This document shows positions 8,816 through 18,159 of a stretch of DNA of 64,000 nt, one piece after another. Under the pieces are notes generated by a model. The model did no database searches. It saw nothing but the letters and a program-made list of their open reading frames with translations, and was not told where the DNA came from. The stretch comes from an uncultured delta proteobacterium (GTDB taxonomy: Bacteria > Desulfobacterota > Desulfomonilia > UBA1062), in contig CAVVYZ010000019.1 of NCBI GenBank assembly GCA_963752595.1, forward strand, positions 61,102-125,101. The letters are read 5' to 3'. Made by a program: the position numbers and the translations under genes. How positions within the stretch are numbered: position 1 is the stretch's first letter; each line of letters starts with the position of its first letter.

Positions 8816-10618
8816 ATGGAAAACAAGCTGGCTGATTTAAGAGATACTCGTTTTGTTCTTTACGAACAATTAGGAATAGAAAAACTTTGTGAAACGGAGA
8901 AATATGCGGATCATTCCAAGGAAACCTTTGAGATGATCATCGATACGGCTGAGAAACTTGCCGTGAATCAATTTGCCCCGGTCAACAGCGAGGGTGATGA
9001 GATAGGATGCGTCTTTGCAGAAGGGACCGTCAAGTGCCCTGAAGTATACCGAACTCCTTTTCAGAAATACTGCGAAGGGGGATGGATGAGTCTTCCCGAC
9101 GTATACGATGTAGGCGGCCAGAATGCACCTTTTGCTATGTACTTTGCCTGCCATGAGCTGTTCTATGCCGCGAACCATGCGTTAACCGTTTATATGGGCC
9201 TTACCCACAGCGCAGCCAAAGTCACAGAGATCTTTGGAACGGATGAGCAGAAGAGGAAATACATGCAGCCCCTGTACGAAGGAAGGTACAGCGGCACCAT
9301 GGATCTGACCGAGACCCAGGCAGGAAGCGATGTGGGTTTTGCGAGAACAAAGGCAATCAGAAATCCGGACGGTACCTATTCGATTGTCGGAGGGAAGATA
9401 TTCATCAGCAGCGGGGAGAATAATCTTACTGAAAACATCATTCATATTGTTTTAGCACGCATAGAAGGAGCACCAGAGGGGACTCGTGGTTTATCATGTT
9501 TTATCGTTCCCAAATACAGAGTCAACGATGACGGAACACTGGGTGAACCCAATGATCTTACCTGCGCGGGCGTAGAGCATAAAATGGGTATACACGGTTC
9601 TCCGACAAGCGTCCTGAACTTTGGCGACAACGGTAGGTGCAGGGGTGAACTCTTAGGACCCGAACAGAAAGGCATTATCGTTATGTTTCACATGATGAAT
9701 GAGCAAAGGGTGCTGGTCGGCTTGCAGGGTCAATCTCTGGGAAGTACCGCATATCTTCATGCTCTGGATTTCGCACGGGAACGTAAACAGGGCAGCAAGT
9801 TCGGCTCTAAGGATTTTTCACAGGTGCCCATCATAACTCATCCTGACGTGAGGAGAAATCTCATGTGGATGAAGTCGTATACCGAAGGACTGCGGGCCCT
9901 CATACTGTACACGACTTTTTGTATGGACATGGAGGCTGCAAGTACCGGCGAGGATGACAAGAAGAAGTGGCAGAATATTGTGGAGTTGCTGACCCCCATT
10001 GCCAAGGCCTATTCCACCGATAAAGGTTTTGATGTATGCACGCGGGCCATACAGGTTCATGGAGGATATGGTTATTGCAAGGAATACAAGGTGGAACAGT
10101 TCGCCAGGGACTGCAAGATCACTGCAATCTATGAGGGCACGAATGCAATACAGGCAATAGATCTGTTCGGCCGTAAGATCAAGATGAACAAGGGTGCGGC
10201 ATACAACACGGTACTATCGGAAATGAAAGCCGCGGTTGAAAAGGCCTCGGCAGTAAGCGAGCTTGCACCGTATGCCGAGGCAGTTGCACAATCCATATCA
10301 GCGCTTGAAGAGATAACACGATTTCTGATTGAAAAGTCCTCGGGCGAAGATGCGTACCTGGCATACTCCTGGGCCACGCCGTACCTTGAAATATTCGGCG
10401 ATATCGTCCTGGGATGGATGTTTATCTGGCAGGCATGGACAGCCCATGGAAGTGAGGCCGGCAGCAGCGCTAATGACAAGCAATTCTATGCCGGCAAAAT
10501 CAATACGGCAAAATTCTATATCGGGTCACTGCTTCCCGCAGTCTATGGGAAGATAGATGCCATAAAACAGTTCGACCGGTCATTCCTTGAGATAGGGGAG
10601 TCTGTCTTTCTTCCATAA
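8816..10618 (+). CDS. Acyl-CoA dehydrogenase (long, ~600-aa type with C-terminal extension)
   Basis: GTMDLTETQAGSD, GGKIFIS, EHKMGIHGSPT, IQVHGGYGY and IYEGTNAIQAIDL. Confidence 0.92.
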   Translation: MENKLADLRDTRFVLYEQLGIEKLCETEKYADHSKETFEMIIDTAEKLAVNQFAPVNSEGDEIGCVFAEGTVKCPEVYRTPFQKYCEGGWMSLPDVYDVGGQNAPFAMYFACHELFYAANHALTVYMGLTHSAAKVTEIFGTDEQKRKYMQPLYEGRYSGTMDLTETQAGSDVGFARTKAIRNPDGTYSIVGGKIFISSGENNLTENIIHIVLARIEGAPEGTRGLSCFIVPKYRVNDDGTLGEPNDLTCAGVEHKMGIHGSPTSVLNFGDNGRCRGELLGPEQKGIIVMFHMMNEQRVLVGLQGQSLGSTAYLHALDFARERKQGSKFGSKDFSQVPIITHPDVRRNLMWMKSYTEGLRALILYTTFCMDMEAASTGEDDKKKWQNIVELLTPIAKAYSTDKGFDVCTRAIQVHGGYGYCKEYKVEQFARDCKITAIYEGTNAIQAIDLFGRKIKMNKGAAYNTVLSEMKAAVEKASAVSELAPYAEAVAQSISALEEITRFLIEKSSGEDAYLAYSWATPYLEIFGDIVLGWMFIWQAWTAHGSEAGSSANDKQFYAGKINTAKFYIGSLLPAVYGKIDAIKQFDRSFLEIGESVFLP

Positions 10619-10699
10619 TGATCGGATGAAAAAATGGATGTAAATAAATAGTGAGACAGGATCTGATTTACAATTAATAAACTAAATAGGAGTGTTACC

Positions 10700-12155
10700 A
10701 TGCCGATGATGAACGCGAAGCAGTATGAAGAGTCTCTGAGAAAACTGAACCTTAAGGTATACATGTTCGGCAAGAGGGTGGAGAACGTGGTGGACGATCC
10801 GATCATCCGGCCGTCCATGAACGCGGTTGCGGCGACCTACGAGTTTGCCCACAAGCCGGAATATGAGGATATCCTGACCGCCAAGTCGCACATCACGGGC
10901 AAGAAGATCAACCGGTTCACCCACATACACCAGAGCGTGGACGACCTGGTGAAGAAGAGCAAGATGGGCAGGCTCATGGGCTCGCTCACTGCCTGCTGCT
11001 TCCAGCGGTGCGTGGGCATGGATGCCATGAATGCCCTGTCCATCACCACCCATGCCATCGATGCCAAGTACGGCACCAAGTACTACAAGAGGTTCCTGAA
11101 GTATCTGGAATATGTCCAGGAGAACGACCTGGTCTGCGACGGGGCCATGACCGACCCCAAGGGCGACCGGTCATTGTCTCCGAACAAGCAGTCAGACCCG
11201 GACATGTTCCTGCACATCGTGGAGGAGCGTCCGGACGGGATCGTGGTATCGGGCGCCAAGGCCCACCAGACAGGTGCCGTGAACTCCCACGAGATCATCG
11301 TGATGCCCACTATTACCATGCGGGAGGAGGACAAGGACTATGCGGTGTCGTTCGCGCTGCCGAGCGATGCGGAAGGCATCACCTACATCATGGGCCGCCA
11401 GTCCTGCGATACCCGCAAGCTCGAAGGTATGACCTTTGACCGGGGCAACATGTTCTATGGCGGTCATGAGGCGCTCGTTGTGTTCGATCGTGTCTTCGTG
11501 CCCTGGGAGCGCGTGTTCATGTACAAGGAATACGACTTCTCAACCATGCTCGTGGAAAACTTCGCCTCCTATCACCGCCAGAGCTACGCGTGCAAGGTGG
11601 GTGTTGGAGACGTGCTCATCGGCGCTACCCAGACCGTTGCCGAGTACAACGGTGCCGAGCGGGCCTCCCATGTGAAGGACAAGATCATCGAGATGAACCA
11701 CCTGAACGAAACGCTCTTCTGCGGCTGCATCGCCTGTGCTGCAGAAGGCCACCGGGAGCCGAGCGGAACGTACCAGAACGATCTGCTGCTTGCCAATGTG
11801 CACAAGCAGAATATCACCCGGTTCCCCTACGAGATCGCCACGGCTGGCCCAGGACATTGCGGGCGGCCTTGTGGTGACCTGCCCGTCCGCCCAGGACCTT
11901 TCCTCTCCGGAGACAGGCAAGTGGGTGGATAAATACTTCAAGACCAAGGCAGACGTCCCCACGGAACACCGGATGCGGATCTTAAGGCTCATCGAGAACA
12001 TCACCATGGGCACCGCCGCCGTGGGGTACCTTACCGAGTCCATGCACGGTGCAGGCTCACCCCAGGCCCAGAGAATCATGATCGCCAGGCTCGTCAATAT
12101 GAAACAGAAGCAGAAGGTGGCCAAGTTCCTGTGCGGCATCGACAAGGAAAAATAA
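10700..12155 (+). CDS. abfD: 4-hydroxybutyryl-CoA dehydratase (AbfD; FAD/[4Fe-4S]) with one frameshift near 11840
   Basis: Cluster-ligand motifs CFQRCVGMDA and YHRQSYACKVGVGD, plus MTDPKGDR. The C-terminus (RLAQDIAGG...ESMHGAGSPQAQ) continues in ORF 11736-12155; one extra base in GAGATCGCCACGGCTG. Confidence 0.88.
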
Positions 12156-12436
12156 GGGTCGGTCTGAAGTACTGCGGCGGATGCCGGGCTCAGTACGACC
12201 GAGAGGCTGTCGTGAATCATATGAAAGAAGCATTGAAGGATCAAGTCGAGTTCATCTCGCCCGACAGCCGGGAGGCGGAATGTATTCTTGTAGTCAGTGG
12301 ATGCAAGACAGCCTGCGCGGACGTCTCCATGCTTTCAGATCGCCGGGTCCGGTTCATCACCAGTGAAGAAGATGCTGCAGCCTGGATAGAAGAAGAGAAG
12401 CAACGTAAAAAAAACCGCTTAGGGAGGATGAAATGA
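12131..12436 (+). CDS. Small Cys-rich hypothetical protein (KYCGGC...GCxxAC)
   Basis: Fills the gap between abfD and the CoA ligase and overlaps both; clustered Cys motifs. Exact start uncertain. Confidence 0.7.
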   Translation: MRHRQGKIRVGLKYCGGCRAQYDREAVVNHMKEALKDQVEFISPDSREAECILVVSGCKTACADVSMLSDRRVRFITSEEDAAAWIEEEKQRKKNRLGRMK

Positions 12437-13938
12437 ATATTGCCAGCTTTCTGACAAACACAACGGCACGAGTTCCCGATCAGCCCGCTATTCGATTTAA
12501 GGGAAAGACAATCACTTTCCGTGAGATGAATTCCAAGGTAGACGCCATGGCCCACGGGCTCAGCAAGATGGGGCTTAAACCCGGTGACGCCTGCGTTCTC
12601 ATGACACCCGACTCACCGAACTGGCCGATTGTATATTATGCATTGGCAAAGATAGGAGCGGTCGTGGTCCCGGTAAACCCTATCTACAAAAAAAGAGAGC
12701 TTGAACATAGTTTCAAGGACTCAGGAGCAAAAGCATTCGTGGGCCACACTGACTATCTGGCGGAAGCCGGCGCTGTCCTGGATGGAATACCGGCAATTAA
12801 GATCAGAGTTGCCGAAGGCAAAAATCCGCCGAAGGGGTTTACTCCATTAAACGATCTGTTTTTGGACGATGCAGGAGAGTATCCTGTTTACCAGACCCAA
12901 CCTGATGACCCCTGGATTGTAATGTATACCAGTGGTACGACGGGGTTGCCGAAGGGTGCTGTCCTGACTCACTTCAATCTTATGAAGGATGCTGAGGTTA
13001 TCGCAGCCGTGAGGTATACGGAACCGCATGATGTTGTATTAAGCGTACTGCCTCTCTTTCACTGTTACGGGCAGACCCACTCGCTCAATATCTCTATTTA
13101 TCAGGGTCTTACTATCCTCATGTTCGATAAATTCAACGTTGAAGAGGTCTTCACGGCTATTGAAGAGGAAAAAAGCACCCTTTTGTATGCTGTCCCGACA
13201 ATGGTCAACAGGTTGGTTGAACTGGCAGCAGTCAGACCGCCGAAACGATCGGGGCTGCGCTTTTGTATCTCCGGAGGAGCATCCCTTCCTGTGGAGATCC
13301 TGCACCGCTTTGAAAGCTTATTTCATGCAACCATCTATGAGAGCTACGGGTTGACGGAATGTTCTCCGACCTGTGTGGAAAATCCTTTTGGAAGACCGCC
13401 GCGCCCGGGGTCCATCGGCTTGCCGATTCCTCCCTTTAAGACCCGTCTCGTTGATGAGAACGATCAGGATGTACCACGCGGGGATGTGGGCGAACTGCTA
13501 GTATCCGGACCCGGGGTCATGAAGGAATACCTGCACCAGCCCGAAGCCACGGCAACAACAATGAAAGGCGGGTGGCTGCATACCGGTGATCTCGCCCGGA
13601 TGGACGAGGATGGCTACATCTACATCGTAGACAGGAAGAAAGACCTGATCATCAGAGGCGGATATAATGTGTATCCACGCGAAATAGAAGAAGTTCTTTA
13701 TACCATTGAAGACGTTCTGGAAGCTGCTGTAATCGGCGTACCTCATAAAGATCTTGGAGAAGAGGTTGCAGCAGCAGTTGTGCTTCGTAAAGGCTCCACA
13801 ATGACTTCTGAAGATGTGAAACAGTATATAAAGGATCGCGTGGCAGCATATAAATACCCGAGGGTGGTGAACATCATGAAAGAATTGCCGAAAACGTCCA
13901 CCGGAAAAATTTTAAAGCGAGGTATTACTTTGAATTAA
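12433..13938 (+). CDS. Acyl-CoA synthetase (AMP-forming, long-chain-fatty-acid-CoA ligase family)
   Basis: YTSGTTGLPKG, YGLTE, WLHTGDL, DRKKDLIIRGGYNVYPREIEE and LPKTSTGK. Confidence 0.93.
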   Translation: MNIASFLTNTTARVPDQPAIRFKGKTITFREMNSKVDAMAHGLSKMGLKPGDACVLMTPDSPNWPIVYYALAKIGAVVVPVNPIYKKRELEHSFKDSGAKAFVGHTDYLAEAGAVLDGIPAIKIRVAEGKNPPKGFTPLNDLFLDDAGEYPVYQTQPDDPWIVMYTSGTTGLPKGAVLTHFNLMKDAEVIAAVRYTEPHDVVLSVLPLFHCYGQTHSLNISIYQGLTILMFDKFNVEEVFTAIEEEKSTLLYAVPTMVNRLVELAAVRPPKRSGLRFCISGGASLPVEILHRFESLFHATIYESYGLTECSPTCVENPFGRPPRPGSIGLPIPPFKTRLVDENDQDVPRGDVGELLVSGPGVMKEYLHQPEATATTMKGGWLHTGDLARMDEDGYIYIVDRKKDLIIRGGYNVYPREIEEVLYTIEDVLEAAVIGVPHKDLGEEVAAAVVLRKGSTMTSEDVKQYIKDRVAAYKYPRVVNIMKELPKTSTGKILKRGITLN

Positions 13939-13963
13939 AACCGATCTCTTTATAACTGCCCCC

Positions 13964-14056
13964 GCGGATAGCTCCGATCTGACAGCTGAGATCTGACTAT
14001 ATATCCTCCGTAAAAGGTGACGACCAGTAAATAAGATCGGAGCTATTCGCTTTTTT
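13964..14056. repeat. 17-bp inverted repeat enclosing a 53-nt foldable spacer, followed by T6
   Basis: GCGGATAGCTCCGATCT (13964-13980) versus AGATCGGAGCTATTCGC (14034-14050), 16/17 complementary. Confidence 0.75.
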
Positions 14057-14079
14057 GGATCGGGAAAGTCACGAACTGA

Positions 14080-14138
14080 AAGCCCCCTCTCCCCTCCCTT
14101 TCCCCTGTTTCGGGGGGAAAGGGCAAGGGAGAGGGGGC
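14080..14138. repeat. REP-like purine/pyrimidine hairpin between convergent genes
   Basis: GCCCCCTCTCCC..CCCTTTCCCC / GGGGAAAGGG...GGGAGAGGGGGC; shares AAGCCCCCTCTCC with 62610-62622. Confidence 0.65.
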
Positions 14139-14171
14139 ATCTCCACTTGTGAATTCAACGTTGACGAATAA

Positions 14172-15329
14172 CTAGAACAACCTCGAAGAATCGGTCATGA
14201 GGGCCTTACCTGCAACCATACGGTTGATCTGGTTGGTTCCTTCGAAGATCTGGGTTAATTTGGCATCCCGCATGAGCTTCTCGACGACAGAACCCTTCAT
14301 ATAACCCGAACCGGCCAACACCTGAACTGCATCGGTCGTGACCTTCATCGCTGCATCAGATGCGAAATATTTGGCAGAAGCAGCCTCTTTCGAGCATCGG
14401 ATGTTGTTGTCAAGCATCCAGCCGACCTGCAAATAGAGTGCGCGAGATGCCATGACAAGAGTATTCATGTCTGCGAGCATGAATTGCACCGCCTGGAAAT
14501 TTCCGATGGGCTGGCCGAACTGAACCCGCTCCTTTGCGTATGCTACAGATTCATCAAGCGCTCTCTGGGCGATTCCGGTGGATACCGCAGTAATATTTGC
14601 ACGTCCTCTGTCGAGGGCCATCATGGCAAGCTTGAAACCTTGGCCTTCGCCACCGATGAGGTTTTCCTTGCTGAGTTCGACGTTGTCGAAGAACAGTTCA
14701 GCAACATTCATTGCCCGGTGCCCCATCTTATCCTCGATCCGCCCTACGGTTATTCCCGGGGTGTTCCGGGGTACGGCGAAACAACTGATACCCTTTGTCC
14801 CCTTGCTTTTATCCACCGTGGCAAACAGGCACAATAAATCGGCATATTGACCGTTCGTTATGTAACACTTGGAGCCGTTCACCACGTAGCCGTCGCCCTT
14901 TTTTAAGGCCGTTGTATTCATTATTCCCGCATCGGACCCGGCATGGGGCTCTGTGAGGCAAAAACATCCGCTCCGGTAACTCTTCGTCATATCTCCGATG
15001 AATTTCTTTTGCTGATCCACGGTCCCGCCCAACTGGATCGCTCCCATGGACAAGTGGGATATTCCGATTATCTGCGATATGGCGCAGCACTCGTAATTCA
15101 ATGCCTCGGTTACCAGATAATGTTCGAGATACGACATTCCCGATCCGCCGTATTCCTTTGGTATGTTGGTATACATCAATCCGGCCTTGTACGCTTCTTT
15201 GAGAATCTCTTCGGGATACGTGCCGTCCCTGTCATATTCAATAGCTACCGGCCGGATCCGATCTTTTCCGAACTTTCTTGCAAGATTTAATATACTTTTC
15301 TGTTCGTCGCTTAAGCTGAAATCTATCAT
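14172..15329 (-). CDS. Acyl-CoA dehydrogenase (short-chain/butyryl-CoA type)
   Basis: FCLTEPHAGSDA, NGSKCYITNG, EDKMGHRA, ERVQFGQPI and RDAKLTQIFEGTNQI. ATG 15329 has a GAGGT RBS. Confidence 0.93.
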   Translation of the reverse strand: MIDFSLSDEQKSILNLARKFGKDRIRPVAIEYDRDGTYPEEILKEAYKAGLMYTNIPKEYGGSGMSYLEHYLVTEALNYECCAISQIIGISHLSMGAIQLGGTVDQQKKFIGDMTKSYRSGCFCLTEPHAGSDAGIMNTTALKKGDGYVVNGSKCYITNGQYADLLCLFATVDKSKGTKGISCFAVPRNTPGITVGRIEDKMGHRAMNVAELFFDNVELSKENLIGGEGQGFKLAMMALDRGRANITAVSTGIAQRALDESVAYAKERVQFGQPIGNFQAVQFMLADMNTLVMASRALYLQVGWMLDNNIRCSKEAASAKYFASDAAMKVTTDAVQVLAGSGYMKGSVVEKLMRDAKLTQIFEGTNQINRMVAGKALMTDSSRLF

Positions 15330-15433
15330 AGTCAATACCTCACTTCCTTTGATGTAGAATTAATGGCCCTGGTGATTCATTTTTACCGTACGCTCACCTG
15401 TATATCCTATCAGCACCTCATTCGGTTCATCTT

Positions 15434-16201
15434 CTATATGAACCCGTATGCGGTCCATCCCCCATCGATATTCACAACCGATCCGGTCATATAGGTCGAC
15501 TCGTCACCGGCCATGTACACCGCCAAGCCTGTTATTTCTTCCACATTGCCTATCCTTCTCTGCGGAATGCGCTTCTTCAGGGACTCCGTATCCAATTTCC
15601 CCTGCTGCTCGAGCTGTTGAATAAACTCAGTATTCAAGTATCCCGGGGCAATTGCATTCACGCGAATATTTTTTTCCGCCCATTCGGCGGCCAGAACCTT
15701 GGTAAGCATATTGACTGCCGCCTTGCTTGAACAATAGGCAGCCCGTTGAGGCACCGGACTATCACCAAATGATGACGAAATGTTTATAATGCATCCGCCG
15801 CTCTTTCTGTCGATCATATGTCTCGCAACGGCCTGACTGCAGAAGAATACTCCGGAAAGATTCGTGCTTACGGCATTATTCCAGTTTTCGTGCGACAGGC
15901 TTTCCGAAGGGCTTACCATCGGGATCCCGGAATTGTTGATCAGGACATCTATCTTTCCGTAGCGCTCAACCGTTTCGTTTACTGCGTTCTGAATGCTTTC
16001 ACCATCTTTCACATCCATCCTGATTGGGTATGCTTCACCGCCGGATGCATTGATCTCGCTGCAGAGATCTTTCAGTAAATCATACGAGCGCCCGGTCAGA
16101 ACAACGGATGAGCCCTCTGAAGCAAATCTCACGGCAAACGCCTTCCCAAGACCTTTGCTTGCGCCTGTGATGATGGTGATCTTGTTCTGTAATAAACCCA
16201 T
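15434..16201 (-). CDS. SDR-family oxidoreductase
   Basis: TGASKGLG, NNSG, YCSSK (YxxxK), IRVNAIAPG and IDGG. Confidence 0.92.
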   Translation of the reverse strand: MGLLQNKITIITGASKGLGKAFAVRFASEGSSVVLTGRSYDLLKDLCSEINASGGEAYPIRMDVKDGESIQNAVNETVERYGKIDVLINNSGIPMVSPSESLSHENWNNAVSTNLSGVFFCSQAVARHMIDRKSGGCIINISSSFGDSPVPQRAAYCSSKAAVNMLTKVLAAEWAEKNIRVNAIAPGYLNTEFIQQLEQQGKLDTESLKKRIPQRRIGNVEEITGLAVYMAGDESTYMTGSVVNIDGGWTAYGFI

Positions 16202-16310
16202 TTGCCCCTCCTGCCTTGTCCGGATTCTCCTTAAAAGCGATCTCTCTCGGTTTGATTCAACTGCCTGTATTTATGAGGTTAAATATAGTTCATTCTTTTG
16301 CTTTATGCCT

Positions 16311-16778
16311 CTACGCACGCTTGATCATGAGCGTTTTATATCCGGACTGGACGATCACATTGTTCTGATTCAACAGTTCTAAATACAGCCTTATTATGCC
16401 GCGGTCCTTTCTGGTTTTGCTGGGTACTTTCCCGGCAACTTTCACCTTTGCCCGGATTGTGTCTCCAAAGAATATCGGGGCTGCAAATTTCCAGTCGTCA
16501 ATACCAAGAAAGGCGATAGCAGTACCGTCAAGAAACCCGGTCCGAAACAGAAGCCCGTGGGATATCGACAGCCCGAGCAGTCCATGGGCAATCCTTCTCC
16601 CGAACTGATTGCCCTTCGCAACCTCTTCGCTGGTGTGCAGCTCATTATAATCGCCGGTCATCCCGGCAAACATCACCACATCGGTCTCGGTTATCGTTCT
16701 GGAGCGAGTTTCAAACTCTTCGTTTTCGTTCCATTCATCAAAGTATTTCCCGTTCACTTTTATATCCTTCTCTCGCAA
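16311..16778 (-). CDS. MaoC-like (hot-dog fold) dehydratase / R-specific enoyl-CoA hydratase
   Basis: RTITETDVVMFAGMTGDYNELH...FGRRIAHG...PIFFGDT hydratase-2 motif. Confidence 0.88.
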   Translation of the reverse strand: MREKDIKVNGKYFDEWNENEEFETRSRTITETDVVMFAGMTGDYNELHTSEEVAKGNQFGRRIAHGLLGLSISHGLLFRTGFLDGTAIAFLGIDDWKFAAPIFFGDTIRAKVKVAGKVPSKTRKDRGIIRLYLELLNQNNVIVQSGYKTLMIKRA

Positions 16779-16799
16779 TAAGCGTTGATAACGTTTGAA

Positions 16800-17900
16800 T
16801 TACCCGACCCTTCTCCTGCCGCGGCCTTTGGCGTCAGCCAGTTTCATGCCTGCGATGACCAGCTCCGTCGTCACGGGCACGGGCTCGTTGTGTATGGTCT
16901 GCTTCTCGGAACAGGCGATCGAAGCGGCTTTCACCAGATCCTCTTCAGATACGTCATTCAGGCCGAGGTCGCCCAATGTCGTGGGCAGGCCGACCGATTC
17001 GCAGAATGAATACACCCCGTCGATCACTTCTGACGGTTTGTCTGTCATGAACAATGAGGCCAGTAAGCCGAAGGCAACCTTTTCTCCATGATAAGAGGAA
17101 TGCTCCCTGTCGAGTGCATTCAGCCCGTCCTGGATAGCGTGAGCCGCAGCAAGCCCCCCGCTCTCGAAACCGATTCCGCTCAAGAGGGTATTGGCCTCTA
17201 CGATATGCTCCAGCGCAGGCGTTACCACGTGATGTTCGCAGGCGGTCTTTGCGGATGCCCCATATTCAAGAATCGTCTCATAACAGAGGCGGGACAGGGT
17301 CTGGGATGTCATGGAGCTTATGTCCCCGGCCATGGTCTTTGCGTATTTGATCCTGCATGATTCCGCCTCAAACCACGTCGCCAGCGCATCCCCCATGCCT
17401 GCGACCAGGAGCCTGACCGGAGAGTTTGCGATGATCTTCGTGTCGACCAGAACGACGTCAGGGTTCCGTCGAAGTGCGATTACCCGTTTTATCTGCCTGG
17501 TCTCACTCCGGTATATAATGGAAAGGGCACTGCAGGGAGCATCCGTCGAGGCAACGGTCGGTGCAATGATAACGGGAACGTTCATCAGATGTGCAACCGC
17601 TTTGGCAGCATCGAGTGTCTTGCCGCCTCCAAGGCCCACTATGACATCACACGGCGGATCCCCTGCAATTGCCGCCAGCCGGGTTATTTCTTCATCGGAA
17701 CATTCACGCCCGAATTTCTCAACTGTTATAGACGCTGCTTCTTCGAGGGAAGGACGGATCTCAGGGAGGATATGATCGAACACCGAAGGACTGCAGATGA
17801 GAAATCCCTTTTTCCCATAGTGAGGAATCAGTTTCTTCAAGCGCAGAATCGCGTCATATCCTTGGATGTATCTGCCGGGGAATAGTGTCGTCGTGATCAT
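16800..17900 (-). CDS. gldA: Glycerol dehydrogenase family (metal-dependent polyol dehydrogenase)
   Basis: FPGRYIQG, GGGKTLD, PTVASTDAPCSALS, GDALATWFEA, GFESGGLAAAHAI and HGEKVAFG. Confidence 0.88.
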   Translation of the reverse strand: MITTTLFPGRYIQGYDAILRLKKLIPHYGKKGFLICSPSVFDHILPEIRPSLEEAASITVEKFGRECSDEEITRLAAIAGDPPCDVIVGLGGGKTLDAAKAVAHLMNVPVIIAPTVASTDAPCSALSIIYRSETRQIKRVIALRRNPDVVLVDTKIIANSPVRLLVAGMGDALATWFEAESCRIKYAKTMAGDISSMTSQTLSRLCYETILEYGASAKTACEHHVVTPALEHIVEANTLLSGIGFESGGLAAAHAIQDGLNALDREHSSYHGEKVAFGLLASLFMTDKPSEVIDGVYSFCESVGLPTTLGDLGLNDVSEEDLVKAASIACSEKQTIHNEPVPVTTELVIAGMKLADAKGRGRRRVG

Positions 17901-18159
17901 GTGGAGCCATTCACTCCTTTTTAATACTCCTTGCCCAAAACCTGTCCATTAACGATCAGTTAACGCACCATGAGCAAGGCAATATGATTCTTGGGATTGA
18001 GGCCCATATCATGAAAGAAACAAGAACAGCCGCCCGGCCTTCTACACTGCCGATATGATCTGTTTCTCCTGTTTCAGTCATGATACAGGCCCGTTTGTCG
18101 AGGTTTAAGTTCTCATACCCGTTTCAATAATTGATTCCTGTTTTTTCCTGAAAATTACA

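Noticed and set aside
11820-11860. Programmed frameshift or true pseudogene in abfD (and likewise etfB, the FadN-like gene and the FeS oxidoreductase)
   Set aside because: No slippery heptamer at the abfD site, both halves are well conserved, and similar single-base indels affect core genes throughout the window. Sequencing error is the simpler explanation.
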